The notes: a model not told the origin generated them from the letters alone. Numbered from the stretch's first letter, positions 1 through 12,908 are shown. The stretch: DNA of 64,000 nt from Eledone cirrhosa (GCA_964016885.1 OZ024756.1:6200001-6264000); one strand, 5' to 3'. Numbers and translations: made by a program.

Positions 1-829
1 GCGGCTAGCCAGCTGAGCGCATAAAAACAGTACGCCCTGATTAATGTGATGTTAGATAAAAAAATATCTGTTGAAAAATCAAAACTAAATGGATGGTCGC
101 GACTGGGAAAATCATTCAATTTTTTTTTTTTTTCTAAATGAAATTAAATTCCAAGGTAATGAAAAAACAATAACCACCAGCAACATTATGTAGATGCTGT
201 AATCTTTAATAGATTTTCACAAATATACGGGAAGTTAAGGATTACCTATAAAATCTTTCACTTTACTCTGAAGAAACAGGCCGCAGAAGCTGGCTGTGTG
301 TTTATGTAATTTGTTTCAAGCCTACAAAGCTTCGGGTACAATCGAACTCTCTGGTAAAATAAACAAATACCGGGTTTAACCGGCAGCTTCCACTTCGCAC
401 CGGTCGCCGTCGAGACCTTATGCGTACTTGGATCCGTTTCTGCCGAGTTCCTCCGCAAGTTTGGAACGTCGGCGGCCCGTCTGAGGAGTGAAATGCTTTT
501 GCTGTCTTATCGGCGGGGCACATCACTTCTGCCCTCTTGCCCTAGGCCCAAAATCCAATCCCCCCCACACCCCTCATCACCCTCTCTTCAGCAACACCAG
601 AACTCTTGCCATCCGCTCCCCTTACCGTGCTTTTTCTTCTTTCTTTCTCTCATTTTTTTCTATATTTCCCTATTCTTTCCTTTTAGCCCCTCCTCTTTTC
701 TTTTAAAAATAAACTTCTGTTCGATTTAAAGTTTTCAGAAAATTGAACAACAAATTCGAGCCGACTAAGGCTCAGCAAATATTGATTTCTAATTTAGACA
801 CAATCCAGAAAATTTGATCGTATGACAAA

Positions 830-998
830 GTTGATTAATCCACCCCAGTACATGACTGGTACTTTATTATATCGACTCCGGAAGTTTGAAGCGCAAAGTT
901 GAACTCGGTAAGATTTAATCTAAAAATTCTAAGATCCAGATCAGATGCCGCGATAAGCTTCCATCAGACGCTCTACCAATTCTGCCAACCCACCACCA
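830..998 (-). mobile_element. Old, diverged copy of tRNA-derived SINE (family A)
   Basis: Reverse complement retains ggtgggttggcagaattggtagagcgtctg head and the gtcgat...aaagtaccagt...ctgggg central block shared with younger copies. Confidence 0.7.
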
Positions 999-1059
999 TT
1001 GTTCAGCCTCGAATAGAACAGATAATGAGAATCTTGATGTGTTTTAGGACTTCGACGTC

Positions 1060-2000
1060 GATGGTGATGGTGATGATGATGATATGGACGATGGTGGTAG
1101 TGGTGAACATGGTGGTGGTGTAATGGTGGTGTGATGGTGGTAGTGGTGTTAGTGGTTGTGATGGTGGTGGTAGTGATATAGGTGGTGGTGGTAGTGGTGG
1201 AGACAGTGGAGGTAGTGGTGTGGAGATGGTGGTTGTGATAGTGGCAGTACTGGTGGTGGTAGTGGTGGTGGTAGTGGTGCAGTCAGTGGTTGTGATGGTG
1301 ATATGGGGGATGGTGGTACTGGTGGAGATGGTGGTGGTGTAATGGTGGTGTGATGGTGGTAGTGGTGTTAGTGGTTGCGATGGTGGTGGTGGTGTAGTCG
1401 GTGGTTGTGATGGTGGTTGTGATGGTGGTAGTAGTGGTGGCGGTAGTGCTGTAGTCAGTGGTTGTGATGGTGATATGGGGGACGGTGGTGGTGGTGGTGG
1501 TGCTAGTGGTGGTGATGGAAGTGGTGGTGGAGATGGTGGTTGTGATGGTGGTAGTAGTGGTGGTGGTAGTGGTGTAGTCAGTGGTTGTGATGGTGATATA
1601 GGGGATGGTGGTACTGGTGGAGATGGTGGTGGTGTAATGGTGGTGTGATGGGGGTAGTGGTGTTAGTGGTTGCGATGGTGGTGGTGGTGTAGTCGGTGGT
1701 TGTGATGGTGATATGGGTGGTGGTGGTAGTGGTCTGGAGATGGTGGTTGTGATGGTGGTAGTAGTGGTGGCGGTAGTGCTGTAGTCAGTGGTTGTGATGG
1801 TGGTAGTACTGGTGGTGGTGTAGTCAGTGGTGGTGATCAGACTGATGAGGAGTATGGTGGCTGTAGAATTGACGACAATGATAATAAAGGGGGCAGGGTG
1901 ATGATGGTTGTCGCAGTGGTAGTGATGATGATGATGGTGATTATGATGATGATGAAATTAATGATGCTAATGATGGTGGCGATGGTGATGATGATGCTTG
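1060..2000. repeat. Compound (GGT/AGT/GAT)n low-complexity repeat with ~300-bp internal duplication
   Basis: gtggtg/gtagtg triplets; block ~1254-1410 recurs at ~1554-1710. Confidence 0.9.
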
Positions 2001-2125
2001 TCAGTACTATGTTAAAGAAAGCCTTAATAGGATAAAGACTGCAGCTGTACAAACTGCAGTTCAGCTGCAGTGAAAGACGGACTACAATTGTGAAACATTT
2101 TCATGTATTGTACTGTTGTAGTTGA

Positions 2126-2561
2126 ATAGGGAGAGAGGGGGAGATATATATATAGAGAGAGAGAGGGAGAGAGGGGAAGATAGAGAGGAGAGAAAGGGAA
2201 GGTTGAGAGGGGGGAAGAGAGAGGGGGAGAGGGACAGAGAGAAAGAAAGGAGAGAAAGTGAAGGTTGATAAGGAGGAGAGAGAGAGAGAGATATATATAT
2301 AGAGAGAGAGAGGGAGAGAGGGGAAGATAGAGAGGAGAGAAAGGGAAGGTTGAGAGGGGGGAAGAGAGAGGGGGGGAGGGACAGAGAGAAAGAAAGGAGA
2401 GAAAGTGAAGGTTGATAAGGAGGAGAGAGAGAGAGAGATATATATATAGAGAGAGAGAGGGAGAGAGGGGGAGACAGAGGAGAGAAAGGGAAGGTTGAGA
2501 GTGGGGAGAGAGAGAGGGGGGGGACAGAGAGAAAGAAAGGAGAGAAAGTGAAGGTTGATAA

Positions 2562-2597
<36 letters not shown>
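2126..2597. repeat. Purine-rich ~146-bp unit x3 plus (GA)n
   Basis: agagaaagtgaaggttgataagga recurs three times at ~146-bp spacing. Confidence 0.85.
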
Positions 2598-2598
<1 letters not shown>

Positions 2599-2697
2599 CA
2601 TAGGAAAACATGTGGAGCTTCGTGTTAATGAAGAAATATTCCGACCATGTTTTTCACTATATATTATTTTTCAATGTTTTCATATGTAGGGAAGATG

Positions 2698-3015
2698 AGT
2701 GTGTATGTGTGTATGTGTGTATGTGTGTGTGTGTGGGGTGTCTGTGTGTGAGTGTGGGCGTGTGTGTATGTGTCTGGGGGGGGGGGGGGGGGGCGAATGA
2801 GTGAGCGTGTATGTGTGTGAGTGACTATTTTCTTTTTGTGTGTGTGTGCGTGTGTGTTGTGAGAGAGTGTGTGTCTGTATGTGTGTTTGTATGTGTGTGC
2901 GTTTGTGTCTGTGTGCGTGTGCCTCTGTGCGTGTATGTGCCTGTGCGTGTGTGTATGTGTTGTGGGTGTGTGTATGTATGTGTGTGTGTGTGTGTTTGTG
3001 TCTGTACTTGTGTAA
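2698..3015. repeat. Degenerate (GT)n microsatellite
   Basis: Direct inspection. Confidence 0.9.
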
Positions 3016-3059
3016 AAATGGCTGTAGTGGTAGTTAGCTATAGCGATGATTATTGTTTT

Positions 3060-3246
3060 GGTGGATTGGCAGTATCGGTAGAGGGTCGGACGCCATGCTT
3101 TCCAGCATAGTTACGTCCCTTTACGATCTGAGTTCAAATCCCGCCGAGGTTGACTTTGCCTTTCATCCTTACGGGGTCGATAAAATAAAGTACCAGTAAT
3201 GCACTGGGTAATTGCTGGCCTTGTGCCTAAAGTAGAAACAATTATT
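3060..3246 (+). mobile_element. tRNA-derived SINE family A, full length
   Basis: A-box-like tggcagtatcgg, B-box gagttcaaatcc, central gcctttcatccttacggggtcgataaa, tail ggccttgtgcctaaagtagaaacaattatt; many near-identical copies in window. Confidence 0.9.
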
Positions 3247-3570
3247 CTCTTGGCTTTAGTGTTGTTGGTGAAGGAGATAGTATAAATATTGTTGGTGATT
3301 ACAGTAGATAGTGCTGTGAGATGTTTAGGTGCAGACATGTTTTATATGTCGTAATAACAGAGTTTTTATTTGGTTTCTGAAGTGAACATTATATCACTGG
3401 TCTATTATTTCTATCAACAACTTCTTCTTTACTCTTGCCAGTATCATATTAGATTGCACTTACATTGATCTTTGAACAAGATTATGGCATGTGGCGAAGA
3501 AGCTTCGCAATCTCCAGGCTTCAGCCACTGACCTACTACGTCTTGCACTCTCAGATCAGTGTTTTTACCA

Positions 3571-3999
3571 TAGGTAAAGACCCTCTTCGGTCAAGAATGA
3601 CCATGACATTTGCACCTAGAAAGTTTCCCCCCTTGGCACAAGTCCGGGAAGGGTTGTTTGTGGAAGACCAGCAGTCACCTATATATACCAGGCTCCACTC
3701 TCCACCCCACCGATGTTATCCAAGGGAAAGGCAATGGTTGATACAGCTTCGCACCAGTGACATCACAGCTCATATATACACTGGACATACACTATATATA
3801 CATTATATATACATTATATATGATGTTATCCAAGGAAAAGGCAATAGCCAGTACAGCTTGGCACCAGTGACGTCGCAACTCATTTCTATAGCATAGTAGA
3901 CTGGAGCAACGTAGAATAAAAGTCTTGCTCAGAGAATCGAACTCACAGCCTTCCATTTGTAAGCCCAATGTTCTAACAACTAAACCATGTGCCCTCACC
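3571..3999 (-). mobile_element. CORE-like tRNA-derived SINE (family B) with long tail, interrupted by internal duplication
   Basis: Minus strand: tggtttagttgttag A-box, gagttcgattc B-box, ctgagcaagact CORE-like motif; gatgttatccaagg...gcaccagtgac block duplicated at ~3712-3773 and ~3822-3883. Confidence 0.65.
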
Positions 4000-4367
4000 A
4001 TACCGTTGGGTCAATCCAAGCCTTGGCAGTGAAATTGGATAAACACAGCCTGTATGGAAACCCGTCATGAAATTCAAAGGCCTAGATGTGTTACATATTC
4101 TGTCACACTCGGTCAGCTTTGGAATTATGTTAAGGATACATACATATCTGAAATGCTCGGACACTTAAAGGAAAATTCGGGAATTGAACGTTCAATTGAT
4201 CGAACAACTGTAGAACCATCGTCGAGTCCGACGGAGGATCCATCATGACATTCATAATAACCATATCTTTCCAAGGACTATGGCGGAAAATAAACCTCAG
4301 TTGGTCAATGTGTGAACCTTTTATCCAACCCACGTATATAAATATACATATATATACATATATATAC

Positions 4368-4426
<59 letters not shown>

Positions 4427-4452
4427 CCCTTATATATGTGTATATATATATA

Positions 4453-4520
4453 TAACGAAGGAGATGTGGTAAGGAACCAGATGGAACATAACGCCGTCGG
4501 GGTCATACTTTTTCCTATAT
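4453..4520. mobile_element. Short deleted copy of the ataacgaagg/gccgtcgggg (TA)n-associated element
   Basis: Matches 9403-9530, 10025-10150, 47872-48126 and 58106-58284. Confidence 0.65.
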
Positions 4521-4525
4521 GTATA

Positions 4526-4727
4526 TACGGGGCTCGGCTGTAAAGTTCATAAGCTGTCTATGAAGGAATGATGCTAAAGCTGTGAAATCTTGAATGCAGT
4601 AATTTCAACGCTTCTTATTAATAATTGCATTATTTCTTTCTAAGGACTATGTTGAAAAATAAACCTCATTTGGTCATTCCATGAGAGTATCTTAGCCAGC
4701 CTATGAATATTTCAGCCGACCACTGTA
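4526..4727. mobile_element. Mariner/Tc1-like MITE (internally deleted)
   Basis: Imperfect TIRs tacggggctcggctgtaaagttcataagctg / cagcctatgaatatttcagccgaccactgta bounded by TA; a related end fragment at ~4268-4336. Confidence 0.7.
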
Positions 4728-6439
4728 TGTCCCTCATTGATACTATCACCCACAATACTATGAACCCCTTCAACATAAGCTACAATGTAACAACCCCACA
4801 ATGCATCAGTTTAACACATTTCCCTGACATCTTGTATCTCCCTAATCGCCACTCATTACTCTTCACTCTCGCTAAATGTTACCAATCTTGTCAGTAATAT
4901 GTTGTTGATCAACACCAAAGTCAGACCACGGGTCTTCAGAATTAATGCCCGCCCCCACAAAAACTGAAATATTTTTACTCTAATCTATTTATCAAATTAA
5001 AATTCTTACATTAAAACAAAAAAAAAAGTTTTTAAAAGACGAAAACAAAAGTTAATTTCATTTTCAAGCACGTGATCATGATTGGCAACTGAAATGGTTT
5101 GAAAAAATTAAATTAAATTGAAAATGAATGAATTGGTAATTTTTGACCCAAGAGATAAAATGTTTAGTCCTTATCACCCGATCAGTGTCTGTTTGGTATG
5201 TGCCATAAGGTTAGCAGTCTAATTAGTAGGCTAGTGGTATATACAATCATCATCATCACCATCGACTTATTGTTGTTGTTGTTGTTGTTGTATACATATC
5301 TCCCGTTTCTCGGTTTCTACATGATCAAATTTCTTTCAATTAGTCTTATTAAAAGCCCCCTATATTCTGATCAAAATTATTATTCCTTTTTTTTTCTGTA
5401 ATTTTAATTAATTTAAAGAAAAATATTTCCACAATCTGCCATAATTTGTTCATGTCAGTCCTCAGTTAGGGGAGTATTTCCTCAGTCTAGGGAGTATTTT
5501 CTGACAATTTACGAAATTATCATAGAAACCAATACGAAAAAATGTCTCGTACTTAGACATAACATTTGATATTATAACGTGGCTGTTGAATTATCTCTTC
5601 TATCTAGACCCCCCCCCCCCCTCACGGCCACATAATACCCTCACCCCTCCTCAATGCCACGTAATACTCTCAGAGTCCCCACCCCTATTTTCTGAGATAC
5701 CTACCTACAGGCAACATTTTTTGTAAGAAAATGATGATTGATTTTAAATCAGTGATATCATTTATGGAGAAAAACTCTGCATTTCAATATTACTCAATGT
5801 AAAATGTAATGCATTAAAAATTGGAAAATGTTTTATGTAATATATCAAATCAAAATTACATTATCAAATATTATTATTAATTTGTTTCTTGTAAATATTT
5901 TTTTTTAAAATAGCAATTCAAAACTTTTGTGAATAGGCATCATATCTTGTCATTTACCTATGGTTTAAATTTCATATAAATCGAAGGGAAAACATTTTCA
6001 GCGAGGATTTGTGCCCCCGGCCAACCATTTGATTAAAATTAAATATACTTATTCAAGTACCCTGGGCAATGTAGTTTCAGAATATATATGGTCTATCTCC
6101 AAAAGCACAGGAGGAGTTCATGAACAACAAACAATCAGACAGGAATACAACTTTATATATATAGATAAATAATATAATATACACTATGTTTATATATATA
6201 TATATATTATTTATTTTACTATATTTATATATAATATCTATATTTGTTATTTAATATACTGATCATCTCTACCACCCCCTCATTGCCTCTTTAGGCCTCA
6301 GAACACCCCTGGGTCTTCTCAATGCGCCAGGAGGGGCAACAACACCCACTTTGAGAACCTCTGATCTAAAGGATTAAAACTATCAAGAAAGTAATATTAG
6401 TTAGAAAAGGGAATCGGAACCACACAACATCACAGGACA

Positions 6440-6606
6440 GACCATCATCTCCTTTCATGGGAAATAAAAGACAACCCAGTATGTAACTGTGGTGGACCCT
6501 GACCAGACAGTGTTGCACGTTATTCAGGATTGACCTCTCAGACATTTTCCCGGCGGCCTGGATGTAATCCGTAATACTACAAATGCCTTAGTTTGGCACA
6601 CCAATC

Positions 6607-6643
<37 letters not shown>

Positions 6644-6700
6644 ATATCTCTCTAACTATCTATCTCTCTAACTATCTCTCTCTCTCTCTCTCTCTATCTC
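6440..6700 (+). mobile_element. 3' end of Ingi/Vingi-like LINE (CCHC zinc knuckle), followed by (TATC)n
   Basis: Frameshifted translation HLLSWEIKDNPVCNCGG-DQTVLHVIQD*PLRHFPGGLDVIRNTTNALVW fits the C-x-CG...QT..H...CP...F.GG LINE C-terminus. Confidence 0.65.
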
Positions 6701-7697
6701 ACCAGTGTACATATGTCATACAACAAGAAGTAAGAAATGGAATCGAACACAACAATTCGTCTAATTATTTGGGCTGCTACACTTTACAACTTTTATATTA
6801 GATATCGACATAGCTGTGTGGTTAAGAATTTTTCTTTGCAACAAGATTTATTATAAATGTTAGGGAAAATTGTGACAGCATCTAACGCTTGCAGCGAACA
6901 CCTGAAATCATCAGCAAATTGGTTCTATGCAAATTCCAGCTGCATTAACTAATGTCGAACGTAGCAAGACATTATACTTTAATTCAATGTAATGTCGTGA
7001 ATTAACGCTGAGAGCATGAATAAATATATTATACAGTACAGTGTCATTGCATATTCAATATTTCATAGTATGTAATATAAGTATTATTGAGGGTTAGTAC
7101 ATGGGAACATTAATTTGAGGTGATAAATCAACATAACACAGTTGGTGATCTACTCTCTCTCAAATTATTACCATATATCTATCTACTTTTACTAAAGTAG
7201 TAGTAACTTTCGCAACAAGTGTGTCACAGTTTGATTACCACCAGTCAGTGTGATGGTATATATAAAGAAATGCCAGTGAAAAGAAAACTTCATTAGCCTA
7301 GGTTTATATTCACTAGAAATAGTTAAACATTTATATTTAATACAGGAGAGAAGACGTTAAGTCACGTGGTAGTCTTTACAAGCAGATAGCTGTTCCTTTT
7401 AACACTTCAGTAAATTTCTTGAGATTTTCTATGGGTACTGTTATGTTTAATATTGTGGGTGTACATATAAAAAACACATGCGAATAGGCATATATATATA
7501 TATATATATAGGGGAGGGTCATATTTGTGTAATATTGCCAGAATTAACAACAGAACACACTCACTGTTTGGTTGGTTTTCGCTTCTGTGTCTTTTATATC
7601 GGTAATCTAACTTACTCAGTCCTCAATGTTGCCATTGACTGACCGACGGTCAAAAATAATACAGATACAATATAGACACAAACACATATATATAGTT

Positions 7698-7740
7698 TAT
7701 CATAAATCTTTCGTTGCACATCTGCAACATCGTCAGTGGT
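7698..7740 (-). ncRNA. Type-I hammerhead-like motif (degenerate helix I/III)
   Basis: acca-CTGACGA-t-gttgca-gatg-tgcaac-GAAAG-at-tta-tgat; host element ~7510-7745 homologous to ~49596-49825. Confidence 0.6.
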
Positions 7741-8080
7741 GTTATATTTTCCTCCTGTTGTGTTGTATGTCTACGCCATTTTTTATTCAGTCTGTCTATA
7801 TATTTATTTATATATATATATATATATATAAGAGAATGATTGAGTGAGTGAGTGAGTGAGTGTGAGGGTGAGTGAGTGAGTGATTGTGATTGTGAGGGTG
7901 TGTGTAAAAAGTAAACAGAAATAACAAAACAAACGACACAACACATTGAAGAAATATATTAGTTTAACGCTAAAAATAGCAGGAACATGTATTGACGGTG
8001 CAAATTAATTGCGTCCGTGGTGGTATGCCGTATGAGCACTCGATGGTGTAGGGGAGCAGATTATCAATAATACTTGTTTT

Positions 8081-8471
8081 TAATTTTGGCACAAGGCCAA
8101 CAATCATCGCAGTGTATTACTGGTACTTTATTTTATTGACCCCGTCAGGATGAAAGGCAAAGTTAACCTCGGCGGGATTTGAACTCAGATCATAAAGGGC
8201 CGTAACTCTGTGCTGCAAAACATGGCGTCCGACTCTCTACCGATACTGCCAATCTACCGTATCAATAATAATAATAAAAATTGTTCCTACTTTTGTCACA
8301 AGGCCAGCAATTAATTATTACTGGTACTTTATTTTATCGACCCAGTAAGGATGAAAGGCAAAGTTAACCTCGGCGGGATTTGAACTCAGGGCCCGTAACT
8401 CAAGGCCCGTAACTCTATTCATCAAAGCATGGCGTCCGACCCTCTACCCATATTGCCAATCCACCGCCATC
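8081..8471 (-). mobile_element. Two tandem SINE family A copies
   Basis: Two copies of ggatgaaaggcaaagttaacctcggcgggatttgaactcag...ccgac(t/c)ctctacc. Confidence 0.9.
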
Positions 8472-8600
8472 AATAATAATAATAATAATAATAATGATTT
8501 CATTTATTAGCCACAAGGGCCGACATGTAGGGGACAATACAAAGACAGGGACAGTGGGGGTTTACAATAAGGTCGAGTAAAAGTGCACTAATAATAATAA

Positions 8601-8932
8601 TATATAAGGGAACAAAGATCAGTGTTACATCATATACATATTTAATTACATATTACATATGTTTCACTGTCGATCAGCTCGAGGAACGATCGATTAATGA
8701 TTGAACCTGATTTTGGAATAGGAACTCCTGGAATATGCGGTAAAAAGTAGACTGGCGTCTAAGAGACACTTCGACGCGAATTTATGTTAACACATATCTG
8801 AGGAGCTTCCGATTCCAGAGTCAGGTTCGATCATTAATCGATCGTTCCTCGAGCTCATCGACAGTGAAACATATGTAATGTGTTATTAAATATGTATATT
8901 ATATAACACTGATTCTTTGTCCCCTTTATATA
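8601..8932. mobile_element. Fold-back element (~135-bp arms) with + strand hammerhead 8792-8883
   Basis: Arms are reverse complements; acatat-CTGAGGA-(61 nt)-GAAAC-ATAT-GTA-atgtgt. Confidence 0.75.
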
Positions 8933-9130
8933 TATATATATATATATTCTTTAATGAAATATATACAAGGAAGATTAATCATTTTTTAAAAGGTAATATT
9001 TGAAGCTCTAGTTAAACTTTAATTAGTTACCTACCTAGCTGTGTGTGATTACACACTTTACAAATTATCACCTGTGATTTTTTCATGTGTTTATTTTTAA
9101 TATATATATATATGTCAATCAATTTCTAGT

Positions 9131-9170
<40 letters not shown>

Positions 9171-9253
9171 ATAATAATAAATTTGAAGACTAAAATCCAA
9201 AGAGGGCTCGATAAGGATAAATATATATCAGGTATATAAGAATCGTAGAGCAA

Positions 9254-9390
9254 ATATTTATTAAAATAACAGATTAAAGTTTAAGCAAAGAATCACACCT
9301 TTCACCCTTAACGGGATCTTCAGAAGATCCCGTTCATGGTGAAAGCAGCGATTCTTTGCTTAAACTTTAATCTGTTATTTTAATAAATAT
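9254..9390. mobile_element. Fold-back element centred on a hammerhead core
   Basis: Near-perfect palindrome; minus strand CTGAAGA-tccc-gttaa-gggt-GAAAG begins at the symmetry centre (9323). Confidence 0.7.
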
Positions 9391-9402
9391 ATATATATAT
9401 AT

Positions 9403-9523
9403 ATAACGAAGGAAATGTGGTAAGGAACCAGGTGGACCATAACACACCAAAGTACTCAATACTTGGGGTAGTAGAATTAGCCGTCGAAACGGCTTGAGCT
9501 CAGCCGTCGGGGTCTTACTGGTT

Positions 9524-9530
<7 letters not shown>
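9403..9530. mobile_element. ataacgaagg/gccgtcgggg family element between (TA)n tracts
   Basis: Tail and head segments are joined in opposite orientation relative to the 58106-58284 copy. Confidence 0.7.
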
Positions 9531-9561
<31 letters not shown>

Positions 9562-9568
<7 letters not shown>

Positions 9569-9945
9569 TAAACGGAATAGAAAATGCTGACAAATCGTTC
9601 ACAGTTGAAAAATGGTTTAATTAGGAATAAAAGAGTATTAGTGATTTTATGGGTTAGTATTCAGTTGTGGTTTTAAGTTTTTAAGTTTTTACCGGTTGCG
9701 CATTTCTAAATGCATTTCTAAATGCTTCCCAAAACTAATCAGATCAGAGCAAACAGCACGGACACTCTATCTCAAAATTATTTTTGAAAAGCATTTAGAA
9801 ATGCGCAACCGGTAAAAACTTAAAAACTTAAAACCACAACTGAATACTAACCCATACAATCACTAATACTCTTTTATTCCTAATTAAACCATTTTTCAAC
9901 TGTGAACAATTTGTCAGCATTTTCTATTCCGTTTTCCAATATATA
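9562..9945. mobile_element. Fold-back element (~160-bp arms) with U3-A8 hammerhead-like variant at 9781-9817
   Basis: Arms nearly identical in reverse complement; ttt-TTGAAAA-gcattt-ag-aaatgc-GCAAC-CG-GTA-aaa. Confidence 0.75.
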
Positions 9946-9974
9946 ATAACTTGTGTGTTACACCTCTATTCTTT

Positions 9975-10029
<55 letters not shown>

Positions 10030-10146
10030 AAGGATGTAGTAAAAATCAGTTAGACCATTACACACCAGAGTACTCGATACTTGTGGTAGTAGAGTGGTTA
10101 ATATACTGTTGAAACGGCAGGAGCTCATCCGTCGGGGTCCCGAATT

Positions 10147-10199
<53 letters not shown>

Positions 10200-10294
10200 G
10201 TGTCAATATGATTGGACATGTTATTTTCATCTAAAGACATTTTATTCCAAATCCACCCCGCCCGTCCCTTCAATCTATCTTATTTCTCATTCTT

Positions 10295-10330
10295 TCTTCG
10301 GATGAAGGACTAGTGTCCGAAACTTTAAGA
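10295..10330 (+). ncRNA. Degenerate minimal hammerhead
   Basis: tctt-CGGATGA-a-ggac-tagt-gtcc-GAAAC-ttt-aaga; helices I and II intact, core and helix III mutated; downstream tail has an inverted homolog at ~7900-7990. Confidence 0.55.
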
Positions 10331-11345
10331 CCCTCTTCCTGCTATTTCAAGCGTTGACCGAATATATTCCCTCCATATACTGTGCCGATTGTGTTGTTAT
10401 TGCTCTTTACCTTTTACATATATATATATATATATATATATATTAAGGTATATGTAGAAAGCCGCTACTAACTGTGGTTACCGCCGATTGAACCGGGGCC
10501 TCACAGACAAACACAGAGAGAGAGGGGGGGGGGTAGAGAGTTAGAGAGAGAGATTGTGTGTATCCTTGCAGCTACTCTCTATTGGTTTTTCATATTTCAA
10601 TATTCAGTTCAGCGGACTTGTGAAAATAAGTTGTAATAATCAACTGGAATAAATTTCTATGAAATATCTTTTGTTTTAATATATTACAGCATGTCTCTCT
10701 TCCTCCATTGATCATATCAGTTTCATTTGATAATTTGTGAATAGTGCAGTATGAAGCCATCGATCCATCCATGCAAACCTTCCCATTTATTTTCTCGCGT
10801 TTCTTCTCATATTGTTACTCCGTTCGTTATAGTCTCACAGAGAAACACACACCACAGCTTATAGATTAGATTGCCAGTGTGTCTGTGTGTGCGCTGGAGT
10901 GGAAAGCATTTAATTACAGTCAACATTTATAATAAGAGGATATCAATTATTAATATTGTATCGATAATTGACTCGGGATAATACACTTCATCACACATTC
11001 ACTTTTGCTTTCATTCTATCCCGCCTTTTCCTTCCTTAAGATTAGTGTTAATCGCCGTCTCTGGGGTAAAGATAATAATGATAAGATTGGTAATACAGTT
11101 TGTGTTGTGAATTAGTTGTGTTTTATCAATCTGGTGATCACAGTGAAGGGGAGGGTTGCGACCATAGGTTTCGACCTTAACATGGAAGTGTGCGGCTTGT
11201 TACGTAAATTATTGTTCAGATTGGAAAGATAAAATCTGGTGGTGAAAGGTTGCCTAGGTAATGAACTCCCAACTAATTAAGTGTTTCTTGTTTAATTCCC
11301 GGTTGCTGTTATTTCACTCAATTTATTAGGAAAATCATAACATGT

Positions 11346-11735
11346 CGATTGGCAGTATCGGTAGAGGGTCGGACGCCATTCCTTGACGCATAGAGTTACT
11401 CCCCTTGCCATTCTGAGTTCAAATCCCGCCGAGGTTAACTTTGCCTTTCATCCTTACGGAGTCGATGAAATAAAGTACCAGTAATGTACTGGGTAATTGT
11501 TGGCCTTGTGACAAAAGTAGAAACAATTATTATTATTATTGATACAGTGGATTGGCAGTATCGGTAGAGAGTCCGACGCCATGCTTTGCAGCATAGAGTT
11601 ACGGCCCTTTATGATTTGAGTTCAAATCCCGCCGAGGTTAACTTTGCCTTTCACCCTTACGGAGTCGATGAAATAAAGTACCAGTAATGCACTGGGGTAA
11701 GTGCTGGCCTTGTGCCAAAAGTAGAAACTATTATT
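11346..11735 (+). mobile_element. Two tandem SINE family A copies
   Basis: Same A/B boxes, central block and tail as 3060-3246. Confidence 0.9.
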
Positions 11736-11787
11736 CCCATTCACACAGTTGAAGAAAAGTTTGACCCTAAAAGGAAAAGTGCCGCAA

Positions 11788-12470
11788 TTCAGTTCAATTA
11801 TTGTTAAGTTTCAAAGGTTATGTGGTGTGAATGTTAGGGTAGGCCCTACCATCCCCAAAGGGCTTTGAGAAGGTCCACATGGGCGCTGTCGTCTAAGGGA
11901 GCTGTGGGTTGTAGTGGTAGCGATTATATAATAGTATATTAAATATCAAATGATACATATTATATATAAATATTGTAAAATAACATATATATAATATTTA
12001 TTATATATAGTTCATATTATATTATTTCGGTGGATTGGCAGTATCGGTAGAGGGTCGGACGTCATGCTTTGACGCATAGAGTTACGTCCCTTGCCATTCT
12101 GATTTCAAATACCGCAGAAGTTAACTTTGCCTTTCATCCTTACGGGGTCGATAAAATAAAGTACCAGTAATACACTGGCCTTGTGCCAAAAGTAGAAACA
12201 ATTATTTATTATGTATATGTTATTTTAGTATATTTATATATAATATGTATCATTTGATATTTAATATACTATTATATAATAGCTACTATCACCACACACA
12301 ACCCCCTTAGACCACAGCGCCCACGTGGATCTTCCCAAAGCCCTTTGGAGATGGTAGGGCCCGCAGTAATATTCACACCACATAACCTTTGAAACTTAAT
12401 AATTGAACTGAATCGTTAACTTATATATAATAAATAATATAATATGAACTATATATAATAAATATTATAT
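11788..12470. mobile_element. Fold-back element (~200-bp arms) with SINE A inserted at 12029-12207
   Basis: 11788-11995 is the reverse complement of 12208-12414; additional inverted block 11993-12027 vs ~12433-12470. Confidence 0.8.
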
Positions 12471-12908
12471 ATAAGTTAACGATTCAATTTATGAATTATT
12501 TATAGTTTGCGTGGAAATGGGGTTGGTCAGCGCTTGGGGGAGGGAGGGGTGGGGCATGGCACGCTCGACATTTTGAGAACCTCTGCTGTAAATGGTAAAT
12601 TCCTAGTAAAGGTATGTGGGGAGAATGCTACTGAGCCTCTATGATTATGTCAGTCCACCAATGGGCATGTGATATTTACCATAACCCTGGGTAAACCAAG
12701 GATTGTGACCGAATTTGTACAGCCGAAAACTATATAAAAACTTTCCGGGTACACTGGGATTTCATGGGGTCAGCCTTAACATATATTGTTTTGCGGTGAA
12801 TATGGCAAAGATTTATGTCAACTGTATTGGAATACGGAGCAATTTGCTCGTTTAGTACATGAGGAATTTGAACAATTTAGTATCGGTTAATCTTTATATA
12901 TATAAATA

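Noticed and set aside
476-500. CTGAGGAgtGAAAT
   Set aside because: No helix II or helix I pairing; likely chance.
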